The notes beneath the pieces are model-generated. The model searched no databases. It saw only the letters and a list, made by a program, of their open reading frames with translations, and had not been told where the DNA came from. Positions 16,015 through 24,636 of a stretch of 64,000 bases of DNA are shown piece by piece. The stretch's first letter is position 1. Each line of letters begins with the position of its first letter. Origin of the DNA: an uncultured Gammaproteobacteria bacterium (GTDB lineage Bacteria > Patescibacteriota > Patescibacteriia > UBA10025 > JAHIVO01); NCBI GenBank assembly GCA_964628855.1, contig CAZVMV010000003.1, forward strand, positions 9,665 to 73,664. Reading direction: 5' to 3'. Made by a program: the position numbers and the translations under genes.

Positions 16015-17262
16015 TTACGGCTGAGCAAGCTGGAAAATAAAAATTTCCCGTTGGACCATCTGGTCCGGACGGCTGTAGACCAGCGAGCCTCTGGCGGTCG
16101 GCCCGATTTTTGCGAACAAAGAAATATTGTCTGGGATCGGATTTACGCGGTTGAAGCCGATGGATGACAATTGCTCTAGTATCCGCAGGCAAAAGAAGCC
16201 ATGTGTTGTGGTGATCAAAGGGAAGACGATTACGATCTTGCCATTCGGCCTGAGTATTTTGGAAAAAGTCCGGAAGGCGTCCATATACAATGATTCCAGT
16301 TCCTGGATTATCGCCAGGATGTTGATGATGGGCGTCGACTGGTTCAGTGGCGGGCCGAGGAAAGGTTCGGTAATGATGGCGTCTACAGAACCGGACGAAA
16401 TCGTCTCATCTAGTTTGCGCACGTCAGCCTGGTCCAGGATGATGTCCGTCTGGGGCAGCTGTCGCTGGGTTGCCAGCCAGGCCAAGTTTTGTTTCGTGTC
16501 GATGACAGCTTTGGAGCTGATGTCGCTTCCGGCGATGCGGTGGTACCCCATAGCTAATGCCTCCTGTAAAATAGTCCCTGACCCGCAAAAAGGATCGAGG
16601 AGGTACTTGTCCGAAGTGACTCCGGCCAAGTTGATCATGATTTTTGCCAGCTTGGGGGGCAGCATTCCAGACCGAGCATCGCGTCTCGGGCGACCGTAAT
16701 CTCGCGCTGAGTAATCCTCATAGTCCTGGATGGTCAAAGTCTTTCCGAAATATATCTGGCTCAGCCCGCTGATGACCAGGCAGTCCGCGCCTCGTTCTAA
16801 AACATTATTTTTATCGATAATAACGCTGGAAAGCGCCGCCTCGGTGCTGGTGAGCAGCCTGGCATTTTTTCCGTTTTGTTTCAGGTCTTTTTTTATGCTC
16901 AGGCCGATGGCGCCGACTTTTTTCCTTTCGCGTGTGACGGCGTCACCATATAGGCTGAAACCGAATATCACTTTTTTTTCCTGGGGCGGGAAAACATCTG
17001 ACACCAGCATGTCCGGGGTCAACACTGAGAAAAGGTCGTTTAGGGTTTTTACATTCCGGAAGATAACCCCGATCTTGATGCATCCGCCGAGGGCAGCTTG
17101 CCATGCTGACGCGTCAATTTGAGAAGTCGTTTCCACAATCAAAGCCTGGCTGATCAGCTCGTAAATCTTCATTTCTGTCCGGAATCTCTTGGCCAGGCTG
17201 AATATCTCGGCTACTGACAGAATCGGGTTGTGTCCAAGGATAAATGCGTATGTATATGTCAT
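16015..17262 (-). CDS. Trm11/TrmG10-like RNA (guanine-N2) methyltransferase with N-terminal THUMP-like region
   Basis: 415 aa. RPRRDARSGMLPPKLAKIMINLA, LLDPFCGSGTILQEA and IITEPFLGPP. Confidence 0.65.
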   Translation of the reverse strand: MTYTYAFILGHNPILSVAEIFSLAKRFRTEMKIYELISQALIVETTSQIDASAWQAALGGCIKIGVIFRNVKTLNDLFSVLTPDMLVSDVFPPQEKKVIFGFSLYGDAVTRERKKVGAIGLSIKKDLKQNGKNARLLTSTEAALSSVIIDKNNVLERGADCLVISGLSQIYFGKTLTIQDYEDYSARDYGRPRRDARSGMLPPKLAKIMINLAGVTSDKYLLDPFCGSGTILQEALAMGYHRIAGSDISSKAVIDTKQNLAWLATQRQLPQTDIILDQADVRKLDETISSGSVDAIITEPFLGPPLNQSTPIINILAIIQELESLYMDAFRTFSKILRPNGKIVIVFPLITTTHGFFCLRILEQLSSIGFNRVNPIPDNISLFAKIGPTARGSLVYSRPDQMVQREIFIFQLAQP

Positions 17263-17310
17263 GCCTTTATTATACCAGACCGCCTGAAAGCCGCACCCAG
17301 GCTTATGCCC

Positions 17311-17339
17311 TTGCCAGCCAGGAGGGCGTGTGATACACT
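17311..17339 (+). promoter_or_regulatory. promoter TTGCCA-17-TACACT for rpsF-ssb-rpsR
   Basis: -35 at 17311-16 and -10 at 17334-39. Leaves a 5' UTR of about 100 nt. Confidence 0.45.
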
Positions 17340-17443
17340 CTAATGGACAAATTAATTAAGCTTTGTTTTGGCTGTTTTTTTATCCACGTGGTACCAAGCC
17401 CCCGGTCACCACAGCAGCCCGGCAAAGTAACGGAGAAAATAAT

Positions 17444-17938
17444 ATGCAGCACTATGAGCTATTGGTCATCCTGAGCTCGAAGCTCGACCAAGCCGGCGAG
17501 GAGGCAGCCGTAAAAAAATCCCTCGACCTGATTGCTAAGCACCAGGGCCAGGTCACCAAACAGGAATCACTGGGCAAGCACAAACTGGCTTACGAGATCA
17601 AACACGAAACGTACGGAACTTACGTAAGCGTTGAGTTTGACATGGAGCAGTCACAGTTGAAGGAAGTCGACCGCCAGTTCCGCCTGATGGCCGAGGTAGT
17701 CAGACACCTGATCATTAAGAAGCCTATCAAGACAGCCGCGCAGATCGCCGAAGAGCGGATGGTCCAGGAGAAAGTCGAGCAGCGGATGGCACGCGAGCGA
17801 GCCGAAGAAAAGATCGCCTCTGCTCCACCGCCACCAGCCGAGGAGCCAGCAAAACCGAAAGCAAAAGACCAGGAGAAAAAAATCAGCCTGGAGGATTTGG
17901 ACAAAAAGCTTGACGATATTTTAAAAGAAGAAATTTAA
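17444..17938 (+). CDS. rpsF: 30S ribosomal protein S6 with long charged C-terminal extension
   Basis: MQHYELLVILSSKL...KLAYEIKH. Extension PPPPAEEPAKPKAKDQEKK. ATG at 17444. Confidence 0.9.
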   Translation: MQHYELLVILSSKLDQAGEEAAVKKSLDLIAKHQGQVTKQESLGKHKLAYEIKHETYGTYVSVEFDMEQSQLKEVDRQFRLMAEVVRHLIIKKPIKTAAQIAEERMVQEKVEQRMARERAEEKIASAPPPPAEEPAKPKAKDQEKKISLEDLDKKLDDILKEEI

Positions 17939-17950
17939 AATTATACGAAT

Positions 17951-18379
17951 ATGAACCTCAATAAAGTCATGCTTATCGGCAATGTGACCCGCGACCCAGA
18001 AGTGCGGACAACGCCGAATGGCCAAAATGTAGCATCAGTCGGAGTGGCCACCAACCGCCGCTGGACGGACCAGTCTGGCCAAAAGAAAGAAGAAGTGGAA
18101 TTTCATAATGTGGTGGTCTGGCGAAAATTAGCCGATATCGTAGGTCAGTACGTAAAAAAAGGCAGCAAAATATATGTCGAGGGGCGATTACGGACGAGGT
18201 CCTGGGATGACCAGTCAGGACAGAAGCGCTACCGAACCGAAATTGTTGCCGAAAACATTATCATGCTTGACCGGGCCGGTCAGCCGAGCGGATCCGCTTC
18301 ACCGGCGTCTGATGAAGCGACTCAGCCTGAACAGCCGACGGGTGAGCCTGAAATCAATGTTGAGGATATACCATTTTAA
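17951..18379 (+). CDS. ssb: single-stranded DNA-binding protein
   Basis: MNLNKVMLIGNVTRDPEVR, FHNVVVWRKLA, and a C-terminal acidic tip ending DIPF. Confidence 0.9.
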   Translation: MNLNKVMLIGNVTRDPEVRTTPNGQNVASVGVATNRRWTDQSGQKKEEVEFHNVVVWRKLADIVGQYVKKGSKIYVEGRLRTRSWDDQSGQKRYRTEIVAENIIMLDRAGQPSGSASPASDEATQPEQPTGEPEINVEDIPF

Positions 18380-18390
18380 TCAGAAAACTT

Positions 18391-18639
18391 ATGCCAATGA
18401 TGAGACAAAACAAGAATAACGCACCCCGCCCAGTAGTGAATAAGGCATGTCATTTTTGCACTAACGGCATCGATGACCTGGAATACCGGGAAGTAAGGGT
18501 GATGCAGAAATATCTTTCTTCCTACGCAAAAATCCTGCCCCGTAAGAAAACAGGCATCTGTTCCAAACACCAGCGCATGCTGGCCCAGGCGGTGAAACGA
18601 GCCAGGTTTATGGCCTTAATCCCTTATACAACCCGTTAA
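18391..18639 (+). CDS. rpsR: 30S ribosomal protein S18
   Basis: CHFC...IDDLEYREVRVMQKYLSSYAKILPRKKTGICSKHQR. Confidence 0.9.
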   Translation: MPMMRQNKNNAPRPVVNKACHFCTNGIDDLEYREVRVMQKYLSSYAKILPRKKTGICSKHQRMLAQAVKRARFMALIPYTTR

Positions 18640-18642
18640 TAT

Positions 18643-19203
18643 ATGTTGTCTATCAATGAATTGCGCGCGGGCGCCTATTTGGTTTACCAGGGAGATCCCT
18701 ACGTTGTACTCAAACATAGTTTCATAAAAATGGCCCAGTCCAAGGGCATAATGCGGACATCGATAAAGAACTTGAAGACGGGGAAAGTGCTTGAGGAAAC
18801 TTTTAAAGGCCAAGAAAAGTTGGAAGAGGCTGACATTCGGAAATCAAAGGCCAATTACCTCTACCGGGAAGGTGACCAGTTTTTTTTCATGGACGCCACC
18901 ACATATGACCAGTTTTTCGTGACAGAGGCCCAACTCGGGGAGAAGAAGGATTACCTCAAGGAAAATACCGAAGTGGAAGTTTTGAATTTCAATGATTCGC
19001 CAATAGCCATTGAGCTGCCGAAAAAAATTACCCTGAAAGTTACCATGACTGCACCTGGCGTACGAGGCGATACTGCCCAGGGTGCGGTGATGAAGCCTGC
19101 CACGCTAGAAACCGGCGTCGAGATCAACGTCCCGCTATTCATCAAGCAGGACGAGATGGTGGTAGTGAATACGGAAACGGGCGAGTACGTCGGGAAGGCG
19201 TAA
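18643..19203 (+). CDS. efp: elongation factor P
   Basis: 186 aa. INELRAGAYLVYQGDPYVV...KGIMRTSIKNLKTGK. Confidence 0.9.
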   Translation: MLSINELRAGAYLVYQGDPYVVLKHSFIKMAQSKGIMRTSIKNLKTGKVLEETFKGQEKLEEADIRKSKANYLYREGDQFFFMDATTYDQFFVTEAQLGEKKDYLKENTEVEVLNFNDSPIAIELPKKITLKVTMTAPGVRGDTAQGAVMKPATLETGVEINVPLFIKQDEMVVVNTETGEYVGKA

Positions 19204-19214
19204 AAAATTAAAAA

Positions 19215-19245
19215 AGCCTACTCAAATATAAGTAGGCTGTTTTTG
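19215..19245. terminator. bidirectional intrinsic terminator between efp and the GalT-like gene
   Basis: AGCCTACT / AGTAGGCT stem flanked by an A-run upstream and a T-run downstream. Confidence 0.7.
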
Positions 19246-19269
19246 GTTTTTGTTGCTGCTCACTGGGAG

Positions 19270-20382
19270 CTAAATGCTTGCGCTCAGCCAATCCCTGATT
19301 TCATCAGGAGTTTGGCGGAGAATTATCGCGGCATGTTCCGGAAAGAGTTTAATAATACTCATTCCAGTGGCATCTTCTTCGCTCGATTGTTCGATGAAAC
19401 GAGGGGCAATCCTGACTCGCCAATGATACAACAGGGGTATGTCCTCACGTTTGCAGGTGTTGAATTTCTGCGGAGCGTTATACAGCATGGCAGTATAGGC
19501 GAATCTCGGCCCGAGGAGCGCCTCCAGGTTTTTCATCACCCGCTGGATGAGGCTGGCCAATTCCGGGATGACCTGCCCATAGTTAGCGGTGCCTGCCAAA
19601 CATTCAAAATTGGCATGGTGGCTTTTGGGGATGATCCACGTTTCGAACGTGTAGCGGCTGGCGAATGGAGCCATGACCAGGAAATGTTCAGTTTCCCAGA
19701 TAGTCCGTTCGCTGGTCTCAAGCTCCTGGCGGATCATGTCACAGAAGAGGCACCGTTCTTTGTCCAGTCTCAGGTAGTAATGAGTACAGCAGTCCATTTC
19801 CTCTTTAGGACGCTGGTAGACGATGTCACTGGCATGGATATGCCAGAGTGGGTGAGTCATGCCGGCTTCACGGTCGTCATTGTTCCAGCCAGTGCGCACG
19901 ATCATACTGATCAGATTCGGATCCCTGGCGAGATCGATCATCCGCTCGCTGCAAACATACAAACTCTCAGTCAGAATGTCGAGAGGCAGTTCGGCGATCG
20001 ACATGGAATGTTTTTCACCGATCACTACCATTTCATCCGCACCATACTCGTTGGCGTGGTCGTGCATTCCGTGCCCGACGTTTTTCTGGGGAGTTTTGAT
20101 GGAACATTTCTGGTTTTTTGAGGTGGTGACCCGGATGATCGTATCAGACACATGACGCTGACAGATAACCTGGTTAGTGAGGTGTTCGTTGCCAGGACAG
20201 GCGGGACAGTTAGCGTGGTATGAGTCAGGCGCCGGCTCCTTCAATAGTTTTGCCCGGTGATTGGCCAGGAGCGGCGGGATTTCCGTCGGTACGATTTTAC
20301 ACCAACGGTGAGTGGCGATGTCTCTCCTCCGGTCAATTGAGCCAAGGTCCAGTCCGTCTAAAGAAATCGGTAATGTAAACAC
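19270..20382 (-). CDS. galactose-1-phosphate uridylyltransferase (GalT / HIT superfamily) family protein
   Basis: 370 aa with a GTG start and AAGGAGG 4 nt upstream. CPACPGNEH zinc motif. ETEHFLVMAPFASRYTFETWIIPKSH parallels E. coli GalT [26 protein letters not shown]. Confidence 0.7.
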   Translation of the reverse strand: MFTLPISLDGLDLGSIDRRRDIATHRWCKIVPTEIPPLLANHRAKLLKEPAPDSYHANCPACPGNEHLTNQVICQRHVSDTIIRVTTSKNQKCSIKTPQKNVGHGMHDHANEYGADEMVVIGEKHSMSIAELPLDILTESLYVCSERMIDLARDPNLISMIVRTGWNNDDREAGMTHPLWHIHASDIVYQRPKEEMDCCTHYYLRLDKERCLFCDMIRQELETSERTIWETEHFLVMAPFASRYTFETWIIPKSHHANFECLAGTANYGQVIPELASLIQRVMKNLEALLGPRFAYTAMLYNAPQKFNTCKREDIPLLYHWRVRIAPRFIEQSSEEDATGMSIIKLFPEHAAIILRQTPDEIRDWLSASI

Positions 20383-20489
20383 GTATCCTCCTTGAAAGTT
20401 AAATTTTGATGTTCAATTTTTGTTTGTTTGAGTAGCTTACGACAAAACAGCCCTTTGGTCAAGGGATCTGACGAACGATTTTTATTTTT

Positions 20490-21623
20490 TTATGTCAGCC
20501 CGACTTTGTGCCGGATGTCAGAGATGTTCTGTTTGGCAATGGCATGGGCGCGCTCACTGCCATGGCGCAGGGTATCCCAGACTTTTTCCGGGTGCGCGAC
20601 CAGTTCAGCCCGTTTTTTACGGTAGCTGACAAAGTCAGGGTATGTGGCAATTTTATCGGCCAGTAACTGTTTATATTCGGAGAATTTTACAGTCCCATCC
20701 TCCAGTGCATCCAGAAATTTCTTACGGTCAGCAGTCTCGCCAAAGATGTATAGGAGCATATAGAAGTTGTATAGCGCCATGAATTGCCTGAATTTGGCAT
20801 CGCCCCATTTCTTATCCAGCTTGGCCAGGTCGTCCTCGGTGCGCAATTCGCGGTCAGCGAGGTACTTTTTGCCCAGGTCCTTGAATTCCTGGTGGATCTC
20901 TTTGGTCAGTTTCAAAAAAGCGCTGATGACATCCTTCTCGTTGCCAGATATGGTCACCATGGACTTGATCTTGGCAGCAGTCACTTCCGGAGAATCGTTC
21001 ATGGCCAGGTAGGATTTCTCGCCGAAGCTTTTGCTCATTTTTTTTGTCGGGTCGGTGAGGCTCATGATTTTCGGTGTCAGGGTGATGCGCTCCTTCGGCT
21101 CGGGGAAGGTCTGGCCGTATTTGGCATTGAAGGTGCGGGCTATTTCACGGGCCAACTCCAGATGGGCAAACTGGTCCTGGCCGACCGGAACAATCGTGGC
21201 TTTGTAGAGCAGTATGTCAGCGGCCATCAGGACAGGGTAATCCAGCAAGCCCATGTTGATATTATGTTTGTACTGCAGTGATTTGTCCTTGAAAGTCGGG
21301 ACTCGTTGCAGCCAGGAAACTGGGGTGACGCAGTTCAGGATCCAGGCCAGGTCGGTATGTTCGGTAACGAATGATTGTATCAGAATTGTGCTTTTATGAG
21401 GATCAAGTCCAGCAGCCAGGAAATCTGCAGACACGTCAAAAATCCGCTGGCGAAGGTCGGCCGGCTTCGGCCCCTCGGTCAGGGCGTGGTAATCCACTAC
21501 GGCAAAAACACAGTCATTATTCGGATCGGCTTGCAGCTCCAGCCAGCCCTTCAGGGCACCGAAATAATTGCCTATATGAAGTTGGCCTGACGGCTGTATG
21601 CCTGAAAATACAACATGTTTCAT
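20490..21623 (-). CDS. trpS: tryptophan--tRNA ligase
   Basis: MKHVVFSGIQPSGQLHIGNYFGA and KMSKS. The start at 21623 is preferred to 21674. Confidence 0.9.
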   Translation of the reverse strand: MKHVVFSGIQPSGQLHIGNYFGALKGWLELQADPNNDCVFAVVDYHALTEGPKPADLRQRIFDVSADFLAAGLDPHKSTILIQSFVTEHTDLAWILNCVTPVSWLQRVPTFKDKSLQYKHNINMGLLDYPVLMAADILLYKATIVPVGQDQFAHLELAREIARTFNAKYGQTFPEPKERITLTPKIMSLTDPTKKMSKSFGEKSYLAMNDSPEVTAAKIKSMVTISGNEKDVISAFLKLTKEIHQEFKDLGKKYLADRELRTEDDLAKLDKKWGDAKFRQFMALYNFYMLLYIFGETADRKKFLDALEDGTVKFSEYKQLLADKIATYPDFVSYRKKRAELVAHPEKVWDTLRHGSERAHAIAKQNISDIRHKVGLT

Positions 21624-21652
21624 ATGTGTTATTTTACCATCATTTGGGTAAT

Positions 21653-21684
21653 AAAAAAACCCCGAACGCTTCATGCGTCCAGGG
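21653..21684 (-). terminator. intrinsic terminator of the 74-aa gene, abutting the trpS promoter region
   Basis: 10-bp stem (CCCTGGACGC / GCGTTCGGGG, including G-U pairs) followed by U7. Confidence 0.7.
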
Positions 21685-21714
21685 CCGGTGTTCAGAAGTT
21701 CTAGACTCTTCTGA

Positions 21715-21939
21715 TTACCATTCCGGGGGAGGACTCAGTTGAACGAAATCCATCCCTCTCGGATCGGGCTTCTGGGGCGGGATTGCGTCCCACCCAGTAA
21801 TTTCGTAGTACCCATCGACGCTTTCGGGTGGTTGAATGGGAAGGCCATTCTCCCCAAAGCCAGCGGCTATGAGCCTACGAGTTGCTTCCGCTTCCAGTGC
21901 AGCGGAATTGTTAAAAGGTGCCTCAGGCGGTTGCTTCAC
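21715..21939 (-). CDS. hypothetical small protein (74 aa)
   Basis: GTG start with GGAGG 4 nt upstream and its own terminator. No motif recognised. Confidence 0.5.
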   Translation of the reverse strand: MKQPPEAPFNNSAALEAEATRRLIAAGFGENGLPIQPPESVDGYYEITGWDAIPPQKPDPRGMDFVQLSPPPEW

Positions 21940-22069
21940 AAATCCTCCATGAGATGTGTTGAGGTTTTAAGGTGTCCCAACTAATTGGGTTGCTTCTATA
22001 ATATCAAAAAGAAGCCTTCAATGGTAGCACGGTTATTGGCCAATGTCAAGGGTGGCCGTGATGTTAGTC

Positions 22070-22098
22070 TTGACACTGAAGGGCAGATGTGGTACCAT
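22070..22098 (+). promoter_or_regulatory. promoter TTGACA-17-TACCAT
   Basis: -35 at 22070-75 and -10 at 22093-98. Upstream of the 100-aa gene. Confidence 0.45.
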
Positions 22099-22225
22099 TT
22101 CTGGTTATTGTACTTTGATTTCAATTCCGCATTGTATGGTGCGGTCCTGCGTTAACAAACACAGAAGGGTGTTATGCGGCGGTGCACCAACTCACCACCC
22201 ATTTTTTCTTAAAGGAGGTTTCTGT

Positions 22226-22528
22226 ATGGAAACCGGAAAACCGTACGAGATCCACTGCGGCCCGAACAAATTCAACTTGAGCGTCGCACTTCTCCGAGGA
22301 CAGAAGAACGTTGACGATGTGGATTTCGTCATCAACCTGACCAGGGGTAATGCTGGAGATGTCCGGCTCACCTGCAGCGTCACTTCCATAACATTGGAAG
22401 GAAGCGATCGGGAGTCTTGGCTGATCATGGGATATGCCAAAGGGAACAAATCGAATGGAATGCGTCAGAAATACGAGGCGCATTTCAATACGATGACCCG
22501 AAAAGGCGAATTGAAGTTGGTCGACTAG
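22226..22528 (+). CDS. hypothetical protein (100 aa)
   Basis: AAAGGAGG lies 7 nt upstream of ATG 22226. The ORF-track start at 22043 adds an implausible extension. Confidence 0.6.
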   Translation: METGKPYEIHCGPNKFNLSVALLRGQKNVDDVDFVINLTRGNAGDVRLTCSVTSITLEGSDRESWLIMGYAKGNKSNGMRQKYEAHFNTMTRKGELKLVD

Positions 22529-22548
22529 TCGACCAATACAAAAAACAC

Positions 22549-22578
22549 GGCGGGCGAACTCTTCAGGAGAACGCCCGC
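22549..22578. terminator. bidirectional intrinsic terminator
   Basis: GCGGGCG / CGCCCGC stem with a 15-nt loop and U-rich tracts on both strands. It ends both the 100-aa gene and the HeR operon. Confidence 0.6.
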
Positions 22579-22582
22579 TATT

Positions 22583-22915
22583 TTATTTATGCGGACAGCC
22601 GCAGGGCTTGGCCCTAAGTAATTTTAATTGTTTTTTCGGATGATCTATAAATTCACGTTGGTACCGTTTGCCGGTGGCCAGTTTTTTGTTCAAGGGAGAA
22701 TTGTGGTGATAGCCACGCCTGTTGAATTCCCGTATTAACCTGTCATGGCGGTAATATAATGCGGCCAGCTTGCCATGCCACCGGAGAGTTTCGGGGTGGC
22801 GGCTGTAGCCTTTCTTTTTTTTAGTGATGACGGTCCAGACAGCATGAAGCTCCCGGTGTTCGGCCACCAGGTGCTTCTGGCACAGGATTTTAGGGTCAAC
22901 GTCCCAAATGCGCAT
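22583..22915 (-). CDS. pyrimidine dimer DNA glycosylase / endonuclease V-like (Pyr_excise family)
   Basis: 110 aa. MRIWDVDPKILCQKHLVAEHRELHAVW...KGYSRHPETLRWHGK. The ATG is 3 nt after the heliorhodopsin stop. Confidence 0.7.
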   Translation of the reverse strand: MRIWDVDPKILCQKHLVAEHRELHAVWTVITKKKKGYSRHPETLRWHGKLAALYYRHDRLIREFNRRGYHHNSPLNKKLATGKRYQREFIDHPKKQLKLLRAKPCGCPHK

Positions 22916-22918
22916 GGA

Positions 22919-23716
22919 CTAAACAGGTCGCAGCGTACCGCCGAATACCTGCCAGGCCAATAAAGATTTGGCCACCAGGCTCAGGATGATGTAAGCCCGT
23001 TCGCCATAGAGATAATCTTGCCATTTGCCGACTTTCTTGTACTGCAGTACCTGGTTTACGGCGAAACAGTTGAAGAATAGGAAGATGGAGAAATATATCC
23101 AGTAGACGAATGTCGGTGCCTTGGCATCGCCTTCACCGGCATTGAAGAGGTACAGGCCGACTGCCACCCATGGGATGATGCCGGCAATACAGCCGAAGAT
23201 GAAAGACGTCCAGTTAGTTTTCTGTGTGGATTGGTTGTGCAGCTCCATCATCCAGCCGAAGAGGATCATCATGGCATTGAGGAAGAATATAAGCATGAGG
23301 GCAATGCCGTCATACACGCCGACCAGCATCGCGATGACTATCATCATCAAAGACGAGCTGAAGGCGTATTCTATCCAACGAGCATAGTTGGCTCCTTTGA
23401 GAAGGTTGCGGTTGTACCAGGCATTGACGCGTGGGATTAGAGAGATGCAGGCGTGCGCAAGCGCCGACAGGAACAGGAAAGCGGCAACGAGCGGCCCGAT
23501 ACGCAAATCAAAGAGCGTGTTTAACACAGGCTCCAGTTTTCCTGACGCAAAGTTCATCTTTACAAAAGCAGAAGTGACTGGTAGGGAGAAATCTGAACTG
23601 ATGACCAACATAACCGCGCCCTGGATGGCGTGGAGAATGGCCATAATTATGTTGAATCGCCGCAGCTTCTTTATTTTGAGTTCATCCGGCTGGATGCCGT
23701 TGGTTTGGTTTTCCAT
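22919..23716 (-). CDS. heliorhodopsin
   Basis: 265 aa, 7 TM. RWIEYAFSSS, ILFGW, FGCIAGIIPW, LFFNCFAVNQVLQYKKVGKW and GERAYIILSLVAKSLLAWQVFGGTL (Schiff-base Lys). Closely parallels HeR 48C12 as I recall its sequence. Confidence 0.9.
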   Translation of the reverse strand: MENQTNGIQPDELKIKKLRRFNIIMAILHAIQGAVMLVISSDFSLPVTSAFVKMNFASGKLEPVLNTLFDLRIGPLVAAFLFLSALAHACISLIPRVNAWYNRNLLKGANYARWIEYAFSSSLMMIVIAMLVGVYDGIALMLIFFLNAMMILFGWMMELHNQSTQKTNWTSFIFGCIAGIIPWVAVGLYLFNAGEGDAKAPTFVYWIYFSIFLFFNCFAVNQVLQYKKVGKWQDYLYGERAYIILSLVAKSLLAWQVFGGTLRPV

Positions 23717-23745
23717 ATTAGATTTAATGAATTATTAGCCAATAA

Positions 23746-23774
23746 ATTATAATATTTATCCCAGTTAATGTAAA
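23746..23774 (-). promoter_or_regulatory. promoter TTTACA-17-TATAAT for the heliorhodopsin operon
   Basis: -35 at 23774-69 and -10 at 23751-46 on the minus strand. Confidence 0.45.
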
Positions 23775-23840
23775 ACGTGCATTTACCGCAAACCCCTGTC
23801 AGACAGGGGTTTGGTTTATTGGAATATTTTTTTAATCAAG

Positions 23841-24608
23841 CTACTCCAGAAGCGCGCTCCAACCTTTTGTGCTGGGGGCTACATTTTTTGGATAAGTGCC
23901 CTTGAAGTAGGAATATCCGTCATGGTATTCCAGGGTTTGGATGGAATAACCAGGAGTACCGGCAATACGTTCGTTAACTTTGTCCTGGATCCATTTCTGG
24001 GCCTGGGACAGATATTTGTCCGGCACCGAGAATAATCCCAATTTGGCTTTCTGGATGTCCAGCGCCACGCTTGTCGGTGATGTTTGTGTAACCATTACTT
24101 TCACATAAACTGGCGCTTTGACATATTCGGATATCATCCCGGATATTTCCATGCCGCCCTCGATGAATTTCACCTGCACATCCTTGACCGGCGGATTGGT
24201 GCCGGAAAATCTGTTGATCCAGGAAGTAATTTCTTCGGAAGAGCGGTTCGTGTCGACCGGTATCTGGCCGGTAAATATTTTTTCCGGGCTGCCTGAGTAG
24301 TCGGCCGCCGGACCGGAGATGGTCATGGGGATTTTCCCTTTCAGGCTGGCCAATGCTTCCGGACTGGATTTTATGCCCAGATCTTTCGGTTTGTTCATGC
24401 CGACAATATTTGAAATTCCCGGTACGGCATAGAGGCCTGTCACGGAAGCTGCGACGGCTACCAAGATAATTATTACCACCAGGGTGATGAGCAGGTTACG
24501 GCCGAAGTGGTGCTTTTTCTTGGGCGCCTCAGGTGCCTTTTGTTCTGACGGCAGGGTGGCGGATGATGTCGGTGCTTGGTTTTGCGGCTGGAGTTGTTCG
24601 AGCGGCAT
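23841..24608 (-). CDS. hypothetical single-pass membrane protein
   Basis: 255 aa with one TM segment (LLITLVVIIILVAVAASVTGLYAV). Confidence 0.6.
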   Translation of the reverse strand: MPLEQLQPQNQAPTSSATLPSEQKAPEAPKKKHHFGRNLLITLVVIIILVAVAASVTGLYAVPGISNIVGMNKPKDLGIKSSPEALASLKGKIPMTISGPAADYSGSPEKIFTGQIPVDTNRSSEEITSWINRFSGTNPPVKDVQVKFIEGGMEISGMISEYVKAPVYVKVMVTQTSPTSVALDIQKAKLGLFSVPDKYLSQAQKWIQDKVNERIAGTPGYSIQTLEYHDGYSYFKGTYPKNVAPSTKGWSALLE

Positions 24609-24636
24609 AGGTTTCTTTTCGCATTAATAATTTATA

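Noticed and set aside
15711-16028. A 105-aa minus-strand ORF inside the ychF-downstream gap.
   Set aside because: It overlaps the 3' end of the methyltransferase gene, has no SD and a Cys/Arg/Leu-rich shadow-like composition, and runs across the terminator.
22043-22225. A 61-codon N-terminal extension of the 100-aa gene.
   Set aside because: It would begin upstream of the predicted promoter (22070-98). A perfect AAAGGAGG lies 7 nt before the internal ATG at 22226.
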